Assembly (NCBI GenBank): GCA_903829075.1
Contig: CAIKOH010000064.1
Span: forward strand, 10,852-74,851
Direction of reading: 5' to 3'
Origin: Candidatus Uhrbacteria bacterium
GTDB lineage: Bacteria; Patescibacteriota; Patescibacteriia; 2-12-FULL-60-25
Length of the DNA: 64,000 nucleotides
Position numbers and translations under genes: made by a program. Under the pieces are notes generated by a model. The model had not been told where the DNA came from. It searched no databases and saw nothing but the letters and a program-made list of their open reading frames with translations. Each line of letters opens with the position of its first letter. Within the stretch, counting starts at the first letter, position 1. Positions 35,885-43,280 of the stretch are shown in pieces.

Positions 35885-38060
35885 TAAGAAGAAAGAAGTT
35901 TCTTGGATCAGGACGGGCGGCCAGACGCTGACTGCGAATGCCCATCCAGCGCGCTGCCGCTACCCAACCGCTGGAGCTCATCGAGGGCCGCCTGGGATTC
36001 GGGATCCGACACGACCGATGGACGCCTGTCGAAGGCGCGGCAACCGAGACGGATCAGGTCGGCCTGGCTCGTCAGCTCGAACTTGTAGGCCAGGTTCTGG
36101 CGCGGATCGACCAGGTAGGAAGGCCACTTCGCCCGCTCACCAGTCACCCTGAACATCCAGTCGTCGATCTCGTTCATCTCGCGCGCGAGGGGGACCATCT
36201 CGTTCCAGAAGATCTCGCTCCGCTGGGCGACGACTCGATCGGCGTTCATCGGGTTCTCGACGAACAGGTGATGCGAACGGTTGTCGGTATCGTCGATCAG
36301 TTGCGCCAGCGTCTGACGCAGCCCGATGAACCTCGCGCTTCGGCGCTCGATCTCGTCGAGCTCGGGCTGGGGGTTCTTCCAGCCACGCTCCGTCAACAGA
36401 GCCTCGGTAAGCTCGAACTTGATGGCCGCCGGACCGATCGGCTGAGGACCATTCTCGTCCGTCATCCAGCTCGGAACTTCGATCCCCTGCTGGATCAGAC
36501 GGCGCGTTGCGTTCGCCACCCCATTGATGGTCGGCGCAACCGTTTTCATCCAGCGGTCGGTGATCGTCTTCGAAATGACGCGGAACGAGTAGTGGTACTT
36601 CTCGTCCGGCGTGAGCGCGCGCGCCTGCTCGGTGATGAACGCCTGCAGATTGCGCCAGGCGTCGGTGTACGCTTCGCAGAAGTCGCCGTAGCGGTAGAGC
36701 TCGTCCTTCACGGACTGATCGTACCCCAACCTGGCGTGCTTCACGTATCCCATCTTGAGCAGAGCTTCCTTCGCCTTGTCGTTGTCGGCCGCGGCCTGCG
36801 CCGGAAGGTAGAAGTACCGCCCGCCCTCCTCGCTGCTCGTGATCTTGATGATGATGGCCATGAGGCCGATCACCATCATGACCAGGAAGCAGGCCTCCCT
36901 GATCTGCTGGACCTGCAGGTCGCCCGCGCTCATGCTCAAGAGCGTTCGCAGGAAGCTCAGGAAGCCGCGCGGCTCGCGCCACGTCCCGCCGTACTGGGTC
37001 GCCAGCTCGTCGCCGTCCATGCCGCTGATGCGGTCGATCATTGCCTGGCGTGCACTCTCGTTCGAGGCCTGTGCCGCGATCCGCTGACCGCGCATGGCAT
37101 CGACGTGGGTGTCCGTCGCGCGATCGAAGTTCTGGAGGTCGGTTGCGACCTGCGCGTTGTAGTCGCTCAAGGCACGCTGGGCATCCGCCGTCATCTGCCG
37201 CTCGCCGCCGAAAGCAGACGACGCGCCGACGCGTCCGGAGGATCCGAGTCCTGCGGCCTCGTTCGAAGCTCGTTGCGCACGACGTGCGACCTCTGCCGCG
37301 AGACTCGCTCGATGCGTCTCCTGAGACTGCATGAGCAGCTCGCGCGCAGTCTGTCGCTCACCGATGTATGTGGCGATGTCTCCCTGCGTTGCCATGGTGG
37401 CCGTGACTCCACGATCGTCGACGTGTGACAGCTCCAGAGTGCGCGCCCGCGAACGGATCGCGTCGAGCGACGCCGTCTCACGCTCGTGGATCTTCTGCTC
37501 GATCTCCGGACGGAACACGCGCAGCTCGACGGGAACCGCGTTGATGCCAGCCGTCAACACGAGCAGCGCCACGCGCAAACTGTAGTTGAAGACCCACGAA
37601 CCGATGTTGATGCGAAACGCCGTCTTCTTGAAACGGAATCCCGCGTCCGGCCGGATCGGACCCGTGTAGGACACGATGACCGCGCGATCGACCAACACGG
37701 TGATCGACGCGAACACGAGGCTCAGCATCACCGACTGCCAGCAGAGGCGGCCGAAGATGAGCTCCCAGGTCGATCCCCAGGCCCACAACTCGATCCCGAA
37801 GATGCAGGTCAGCAGCGCGGCATACGCACGCAGCTCCGCCTCCACCCGCGGGGACATGAGCGTGTTCCCGTAGACCTTGAGCATATAGACCTTCTCGACC
37901 AAGAAGTCGAGGATCCCCGCAAACCACGTACCAATCCTTCCCATGGTTCCACTCCTCGAGCGCGTATCGCGCTCTCGATTCCATTGCAGCCAGTTTTCAA
38001 GCCCGCGCCTATCGCAGAGCCTGAACGCCGTAGTGAACCATAAAAATGAAGTTTTGTCAA
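35855..38060. other. compositionally foreign high-GC island (about 65% versus 50% GC), single gene
   Basis: Hand count: 40 of 60 G+C at 36001-36060 versus 30 of 60 at 35461-35520. Long ORFs pile up on both strands only here. The island carries its own SD, palindrome and terminator. Confidence 0.7.
35908..37944 (-). CDS. 678-aa multi-TM / coiled-coil / TM protein with an unassigned ~290-aa C-terminal domain (DUF4407-like layout)
   Basis: GAGGAG SD lies 7 nt upstream of the ATG. TM segments: AALLTCIFGIELWAW, VMLSLVFASITVLV, VALLVLTAGINAV and ACFLVMMVIGLMAIIIKI. VPVELRVFRPEIEQKI is followed by Q/A/R-rich helices. Confidence 0.8.
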   Translation of the reverse strand: MGRIGTWFAGILDFLVEKVYMLKVYGNTLMSPRVEAELRAYAALLTCIFGIELWAWGSTWELIFGRLCWQSVMLSLVFASITVLVDRAVIVSYTGPIRPDAGFRFKKTAFRINIGSWVFNYSLRVALLVLTAGINAVPVELRVFRPEIEQKIHERETASLDAIRSRARTLELSHVDDRGVTATMATQGDIATYIGERQTARELLMQSQETHRASLAAEVARRAQRASNEAAGLGSSGRVGASSAFGGERQMTADAQRALSDYNAQVATDLQNFDRATDTHVDAMRGQRIAAQASNESARQAMIDRISGMDGDELATQYGGTWREPRGFLSFLRTLLSMSAGDLQVQQIREACFLVMMVIGLMAIIIKITSSEEGGRYFYLPAQAAADNDKAKEALLKMGYVKHARLGYDQSVKDELYRYGDFCEAYTDAWRNLQAFITEQARALTPDEKYHYSFRVISKTITDRWMKTVAPTINGVANATRRLIQQGIEVPSWMTDENGPQPIGPAAIKFELTEALLTERGWKNPQPELDEIERRSARFIGLRQTLAQLIDDTDNRSHHLFVENPMNADRVVAQRSEIFWNEMVPLAREMNEIDDWMFRVTGERAKWPSYLVDPRQNLAYKFELTSQADLIRLGCRAFDRRPSVVSDPESQAALDELQRLGSGSALDGHSQSASGRPS

Positions 38061-38158
38061 GAGCTTATGAACAACATTACAACATTCCTCAAGGACACTC
38101 ATGATCTCGATGCTTCCCCTGCACCCGCCCTGCATGCGCTTTCCATCCTTTCCAAAAA

Positions 38159-38187
38159 ATTGACACTCCCTACAAAACATGGTATTC
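38159..38187 (+). promoter_or_regulatory. sigma70-type promoter for rnj
   Basis: TTGACA (38159-38164), 17-nt spacer, extended -10 TGgTATTCT (-10 hexamer at 38182-38187). An A-tract lies upstream. Confidence 0.5.
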
Positions 38188-38403
38188 TGTTCCTTGTAAC
38201 GCTTTTCGCTCGCTGCCGATCTTGATCGACATCCTCGAAAGTCGTGACATTGCCTTAGGTTCCTCTCCTAGGCTGCAGAAAACGTCTGCTGTTCCTCGCA
38301 CCATTCCACCTACGCGTAGAAGTTCGTCACTTCTTTCAATTTTCGTTGATTTATTTTTATTTTCTCGGCGTCTCAATCTCTATTGAGCGCCACATTCTCT
38401 GTT

Positions 38404-40449
38404 ATGGATTCTCCAAACAAACCAGCAACTCCGCGACCAACCGGTCCCAAAAGTTCCTTTCCTCCTCGCCGTGGACGCTTTAACTCGTCGCGCGGACGCG
38501 GTGGATATCAAGGACAAAAAAATACCGCCAACATGCACACCCCCTCAGCTTCGAAGACGGGGTATATTTCGCATGCGCCTGCCGGCACTACGTCCGGTGC
38601 GCCTACACAAAGCTTGAAACAGGGCTTTGCAAAAGAAGAGCGCGGCACCAGCGGCCGTCAAGAAATTCAACGACGCAAACGTCCGATGGGCGGAGCCTTT
38701 GAAGCTGCGCCACGCATGCACACCTTTAAAAACAAACCATTCCACAAAACCGGAACCGACGTTGACGTGCTCACCCCAGGTGACACGCGCTTGCACGTCA
38801 CGGTACTCGGTGGCAACGAAGAAATTGGTCGTAACATGACCATGCTTGAATTCGGCAACGACATTTTGCTGATCGACATGGGTCTGCAGTTTCCTGACGA
38901 AGACATGCCGGGCGTCGACTACATCATCCCGAACGTGTCCTGCTTGAAGGGAAAAGAAAAAAACATTCGCGGCGTCATCATCACCCACGCGCACTACGAT
39001 CACATCGGCGGTATCCCGCATTTGATGCCCGTGCTCGGCAATCCACCGATCTTCACGACGGATTTAACCTGCGCCATCATCAAAAAGCGCCAGGAAGATC
39101 ATCGTGATAAACCTGCGCTGAATATTTTTTCGGTCACCACGAACGATGTGTTACAACTTGGAAAATTCAAAGTCGAATTTTTCGGTGTTGCACATTCCGT
39201 GCCAACTTCGATGGGTGTTATTGTGACGACCCCGGCCGGCATCATCGTCCACACCGGCGATTTCAAGCTCGATGCTTCAACGGGCGCACAGTCGCTTCAA
39301 GAAACCGACAAGATCAAAGCGCTCGGCGATCGCAATGTGCTCGCGCTCATGATTGACTCGACCAACGCAACTAAATCAGGTCGCCAGCTCGCTGAAGGTG
39401 AAATTCAGCACAACATCGATGAGATCATCAAAAATGCCAAGGGCAAAATTATCATCGGTACGTTCGCGTCCATGATCTCACGTATTCAGCAGATCATTCA
39501 TGCCTGTGAACGCATGGGCCGCAAAGTTGCGATCGAAGGGTTCTCGATGCGCTCGAACGTCATGATCGCGCAGGAACTTGGGTACATGAACATCAGCAAA
39601 GGCACGCTGATCGATACGAAAGACATCCATAAATATCCCAGCGAAAAAGTCGCGATCGTCTGTACCGGTGCACAAGGCGAACAACGCGCTGTGTTGATGC
39701 GCATCGCCAACCGCGAACATCCGATCGTCACGATTGATCCAGGAGACACCGTCGTATTTTCCTCGTCTGTCATTCCTGGCAACGAACGTTCCGTACAGCG
39801 GGTCAAAGATACACTGTATCGCGAAGGTGCCAACGTCATCCATTACCAAATGATGGATGTTCACGCCGGTGGACACGCGCAACAGGAAGATTTGGTCGAG
39901 ATGCATCAGATGGTCAAACCAAAATACCTGATTCCGATCGAAGGTCACTACTCCTTCTTGTGTGAACACGCCAAGGCCGCGATTCGTGCCGGCTTCAATC
40001 CACAAAACATCCTGATCGCCGACAATGGACAGATCATGGAATTTGATCAACAAGGCAACGGCATGTTGACCAACAAAAAAGTGGTCACTGACTTCGTCTT
40101 CGTCGACGGTCTCGGCGTTGGTAACACCAACCAGGTCGTGCTTCGCGATCGTCAGCAACTCTCTAGCGACGGCGTCCTAATCGTGGTCGCTGTCATCGAT
40201 GGACAGACCGGCGAACTGCAAGCAACACCAGACCTGATCTCGCGCGGCTTCATCTACATGAAGGAACACCAAGATCTGATCCAGCAAACACGTCAAAAAG
40301 CCGCCAGCGTCTTCAAGGAACATTCACAGCCGACGATTCCACCAAATGCAACGTATCTAAAAGACAAATTACGCGATGAACTAGGAGAGTTTCTCTTCGT
40401 GAAGACGGAGCAGCGACCGATGATTATTCCAGTGATTATCGAGGTGTAA
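38404..40449 (+). CDS. rnj: ribonuclease J with an N-terminal Arg/Gly/Pro-rich extension of about 130 aa
   Basis: Metallo-beta-lactamase motif VIITHAHYDHIGG. The length matches RNase J with its beta-CASP region (inferred from overall resemblance, no motif checked). ATG at 38404; an alternative TTG lies at 38383. Confidence 0.9.
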   Translation: MDSPNKPATPRPTGPKSSFPPRRGRFNSSRGRGGYQGQKNTANMHTPSASKTGYISHAPAGTTSGAPTQSLKQGFAKEERGTSGRQEIQRRKRPMGGAFEAAPRMHTFKNKPFHKTGTDVDVLTPGDTRLHVTVLGGNEEIGRNMTMLEFGNDILLIDMGLQFPDEDMPGVDYIIPNVSCLKGKEKNIRGVIITHAHYDHIGGIPHLMPVLGNPPIFTTDLTCAIIKKRQEDHRDKPALNIFSVTTNDVLQLGKFKVEFFGVAHSVPTSMGVIVTTPAGIIVHTGDFKLDASTGAQSLQETDKIKALGDRNVLALMIDSTNATKSGRQLAEGEIQHNIDEIIKNAKGKIIIGTFASMISRIQQIIHACERMGRKVAIEGFSMRSNVMIAQELGYMNISKGTLIDTKDIHKYPSEKVAIVCTGAQGEQRAVLMRIANREHPIVTIDPGDTVVFSSSVIPGNERSVQRVKDTLYREGANVIHYQMMDVHAGGHAQQEDLVEMHQMVKPKYLIPIEGHYSFLCEHAKAAIRAGFNPQNILIADNGQIMEFDQQGNGMLTNKKVVTDFVFVDGLGVGNTNQVVLRDRQQLSSDGVLIVVAVIDGQTGELQATPDLISRGFIYMKEHQDLIQQTRQKAASVFKEHSQPTIPPNATYLKDKLRDELGEFLFVKTEQRPMIIPVIIEV

Positions 40450-40454
40450 AAACA

Positions 40455-40492
40455 AAACAGGCCATGACATTGTCACGGTCTGTTTTTTTGTT
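40455..40492 (+). terminator. intrinsic terminator after rnj
   Basis: AAACAGGCC...GGTCTGTTT stem followed by a T-run. Confidence 0.55.
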
Positions 40493-40592
40493 CGAGGGAT
40501 TGACGTACACGATGGACGAAGCATGTCGTAAAAAATAGGAACTGGATAGCAAGTCGACATCTTTTTCCGCATCCGTTATCGTGAGGTCATCT

Positions 40593-41588
40593 ATGCAAGA
40601 TCTCGTCCTCTCCGGCGTCAAACCGACCAGTATTCCGCACCTTGGAAATTACATCGGTGCATTGAAATATTGGGTCGAACTTCAACATACGTACCGCTGT
40701 GCCTTCATGATCGCGGATCTGCATGCCATTACGGTTCCGCAAAATCCGGCAGAGCTGCGCGCGCGCACGATCGACACAGCTGCGATGTATTTTGCGGTTG
40801 GTATTCTTCCAGAACGTTGTTTCGTGTTCGTGCAAAGCGAGGTTCCGCAGCACGCCGAGCTTGGATGGATCCTCGGCACGATCGCAAAAATGGGCGAGAT
40901 GGAACGCATGACGCAGTTCAAAGACAAGTCCGCGAAGGAGGGTCGCGAACGATCCGGCATCGGCCTCTTCACCTATCCAGCGCTCATGGCCGCGGATATT
41001 TTGATGTACGACACGACCGCCGTTCCTGTCGGCGAAGATCAGCTGCAACACCTCGAACTCACACGCACGCTCGCGCAGCGTTTCAACACCCATTTTGGAC
41101 CGACGTTTAACGTTCCAGAAGCTCTCATTCAAAAACATGGCGCGCGCATCATGAGCCTGGCGCACCCAGATCGAAAAATGAGCAAAAGTGATGTCGCAAA
41201 AAATGGCACGATCTTTCTGGACGATGATACCGACACGATTCGTCACAAAATCAGCCGTGCCGTCACCGACTCCGGTTCAACTATCACCTTCGACCCCATC
41301 GAGCGACCCGCGCTCGCGAACTTGATGACCATCTACCATCACATGACAGGCAAAACCATGCCAGAAATCGAACAGCTTTTCGCTGGAAAAGGGTTTGGCG
41401 ACTTTAAAAAAGAACTTGCCGAAGTCACCATCAACCACCTTGGCCCGATTCGTCATCGCTTACTTGAATTTCGTAAAGATCCCTCTGAACTCATGACCCT
41501 TCTGAATAAGGGTCGCGATCAAGCACAAAAACTCGCGGAACAAAAAATGACCTTGGTAAGAGATCGTGTGGGATTAGGAAGAGCATAG
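40593..41588 (+). CDS. trpS: tryptophan--tRNA ligase
   Basis: HLGNYIG (HIGH-type) and KMSKS motifs. The ATG at 40593 has a GAGG 7 nt upstream. The track start at 40581 is a GTG. Confidence 0.92.
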   Translation: MQDLVLSGVKPTSIPHLGNYIGALKYWVELQHTYRCAFMIADLHAITVPQNPAELRARTIDTAAMYFAVGILPERCFVFVQSEVPQHAELGWILGTIAKMGEMERMTQFKDKSAKEGRERSGIGLFTYPALMAADILMYDTTAVPVGEDQLQHLELTRTLAQRFNTHFGPTFNVPEALIQKHGARIMSLAHPDRKMSKSDVAKNGTIFLDDDTDTIRHKISRAVTDSGSTITFDPIERPALANLMTIYHHMTGKTMPEIEQLFAGKGFGDFKKELAEVTINHLGPIRHRLLEFRKDPSELMTLLNKGRDQAQKLAEQKMTLVRDRVGLGRA

Positions 41589-41589
41589 G

Positions 41590-41961
41590 ATGAACACACA
41601 CGCCCTCACTAATCGATCGGCCAGCCGTTCAGATTGCTTCGTCGAACTCGCAATGACGGTCGGCTCCGACACAATCCCCTCAAACTCCCGCGCGACTATC
41701 GAGCACCGCAGGATGGCCTGTGAGATAGCGATGAACGCAAGCGCGATGCTTGAGCCACGTCTTCATCTAAAAGATCTGATCGGGTGTGACGTGGCGAGTT
41801 GCGCTTGCCCGCGTATCGAGACAGAGCCATCCGAGGAGCGGAGATGCTCGCGCAACAGTTTTTCTTCGTCTATTCTTTTTGACGCAACAAAAAGAATAGA
41901 CCGGAGTGCAGAGGCAGAGCCCCGCTCCGATGGAACGACCTATTCCTCTTCAAAAACTTGA
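41590..41961 (+). CDS. doubtful 123-aa ORF in the trpS-infC spacer
   Basis: Codon third positions are G/C-biased in the first two thirds. However, the product is S/R/C-rich and unrecognisable, and its 3' third is occupied by long hairpins. Confidence 0.25.
   Translation: MNTHALTNRSASRSDCFVELAMTVGSDTIPSNSRATIEHRRMACEIAMNASAMLEPRLHLKDLIGCDVASCACPRIETEPSEERRCSRNSFSSSILFDATKRIDRSAEAEPRSDGTTYSSSKT
41827..41933 (+). other. 107-nt compound hairpin upstream of the infC promoter
   Basis: Outer 12-bp stem with a 3-nt bulge (41827-41841 pairs with 41922-41933). Inner perfect 13-bp stem GTCTATTCTTTTT/AAAAAGAATAGAC (41868-41880 pairs with 41889-41901). Confidence 0.45.
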
Positions 41962-41986
41962 CAAATATCCTAGCTTTACGTATCAT
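41958..41986 (+). promoter_or_regulatory. sigma70-type promoter for infC-rpmI-rplT
   Basis: TTGACA (41958-41963), 17-nt spacer, TATCAT (41981-41986). An A-tract lies upstream. Confidence 0.5.
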
Positions 41987-42034
41987 CACGCACGAAGCTG
42001 ACATGTCTTTCGACGTTCTGTTTCTCCATAAAAA

Positions 42035-42595
42035 ATGCGTATTCACCATCGCCGCCGAGGCGGCTACCAAAAAAAAGAACTGATGCCGCTGTATCGCGCC
42101 AATGAGTCGATCCTGTCTCCGGAAGTCCGGGTGATCGATGAAGAGGGCAAGCCACTTGGGGTCTTAGCCACCAAAGAGGCCATCGCCATCGCGCGCGAAC
42201 GCAGCTACGATCTGGTGGAAGTCTCGCCCAAGGCGGTTCCTCCGGTCTGCAAGCTGATCGACTTCGGACAGTTCAAATATCAAAAGGAAAAAGAACTACG
42301 CATTCAGAAAGCGCGCGCCAAAAAAGTTGAGGTCAAGGGCATACGCTTGTCGATCCGCATGGGAGAACACGACACCGAAATTCGTCGCAGTCAAGCCGTG
42401 GAATTCTTGAACGATGGACACAAGCTCAAACTCGAGATCATCCTCCGCGGACGTGAGAAGGAGCACGGTGATCTGGCCAACGAACGCATCAATTCATTTA
42501 TCAAACTGTTAGAAGCGAACCACGCCTTACAGCTTGAACAACCCATCAGCCGCAACCGTGGAAACGTCTCGGCGATCGTGGGAAGAAAATCCTAA
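42035..42595 (+). CDS. infC: translation initiation factor IF-3
   Basis: Contains ANESILSPEVRVIDEEGKPLGV and KKVEVKGIRLSIRMGEHD. The start is uncertain: ATG at 42035 or 42083. Confidence 0.88.
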   Translation: MRIHHRRRGGYQKKELMPLYRANESILSPEVRVIDEEGKPLGVLATKEAIAIARERSYDLVEVSPKAVPPVCKLIDFGQFKYQKEKELRIQKARAKKVEVKGIRLSIRMGEHDTEIRRSQAVEFLNDGHKLKLEIILRGREKEHGDLANERINSFIKLLEANHALQLEQPISRNRGNVSAIVGRKS

Positions 42596-42599
42596 CCCT

Positions 42600-42785
42600 A
42601 TGAAACTCAAGACACACAAGACGGTTGCCAAACGCATCCGCATCACCAAAACAGGCAAGGTTATCAAGCGCGCAGCTGGTCAGGATCATTTCAATGGTCG
42701 TGATAGCGGTAAGGTCACACGCAACAAGCGCCGCGATCGACAGGTCTCCAACGTCTACACCAAAACCATCAAGCAATTAATCTAA
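42600..42785 (+). CDS. rpmI: 50S ribosomal protein L35
   Basis: The ATG at 42600 gives MKLKTHKTVAKRIRITKTGKVIKRAAG (61 aa). Confidence 0.9.
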   Translation: MKLKTHKTVAKRIRITKTGKVIKRAAGQDHFNGRDSGKVTRNKRRDRQVSNVYTKTIKQLI

Positions 42786-42790
42786 CCCCT

Positions 42791-43129
42791 ATGCCAAGAG
42801 TCAAACGCGGCACCCACCGCATCAAACGCCGCAAGAATATATTGGCCCGAACCAAGGGCATGATGTGGGGTCGCAAGAACCGCATCACTCTCGCCAAGGT
42901 TGCCGCCACCAAATCCGGTGCCAACTCGTACCGCGATCGTCGCCTCAAGAAGCGTGACGCACGTGCATTGCAACAGATGCGCATCAACGCCGCCGCTCGT
43001 TTGCTTGAAACGACCTACTCGAAGTTCATCCACAGTCTCAAGCAACGCAACATCGAGCTTGATCGCAAAGTTCTCGCGCAGATCGCCATGAATCATCCAA
43101 ACGTCTTCGCGCAGATCGCCAAAGTGTAA
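42791..43129 (+). CDS. rplT: 50S ribosomal protein L20
   Basis: 112 aa. Contains MPRVKRGTHRIKRRKNIL and YRDRRLKKRDAR. Confidence 0.92.
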   Translation: MPRVKRGTHRIKRRKNILARTKGMMWGRKNRITLAKVAATKSGANSYRDRRLKKRDARALQQMRINAAARLLETTYSKFIHSLKQRNIELDRKVLAQIAMNHPNVFAQIAKV

Positions 43130-43153
43130 CCATCACTTGATCGATACACGCAT

Positions 43154-43204
43154 CTGTGGATAAAAAATCACCTCTCCTTCTGAGAGGTGATTTTTTATCC
43201 ACAG
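43154..43204. terminator. perfect 23-bp palindromic (bidirectional) terminator
   Basis: CTGTGGATAAAAAATCACCTCTC-cttct-GAGAGGTGATTTTTTATCCACAG. Confidence 0.7.
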
Positions 43205-43280
43205 CGTAAGCTACAATAGACATAGAAAAAACTGTACACGGCATGTATACTAGGTACATCATTTTAATTTGCACATTCCT

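Noticed and set aside
35938-38180. Long alternative ORFs in the high-GC island, for example 35938-37428(+) of 496 aa, 36137-36982(-), 37478-37984(-) and 37809-38180(-).
   Set aside because: Stop-poor frames are typical of GC-rich DNA. Their products are Arg/Pro/Gly/Asp-rich with no domain features. Only the 35908-37944(-) frame has TM helices, coiled-coil character, an SD and a terminator.
38170-38376. 68-aa minus-strand ORF in the rnj leader.
   Set aside because: It is antisense to the predicted rnj promoter and leader. It has no SD and a non-protein-like sequence.
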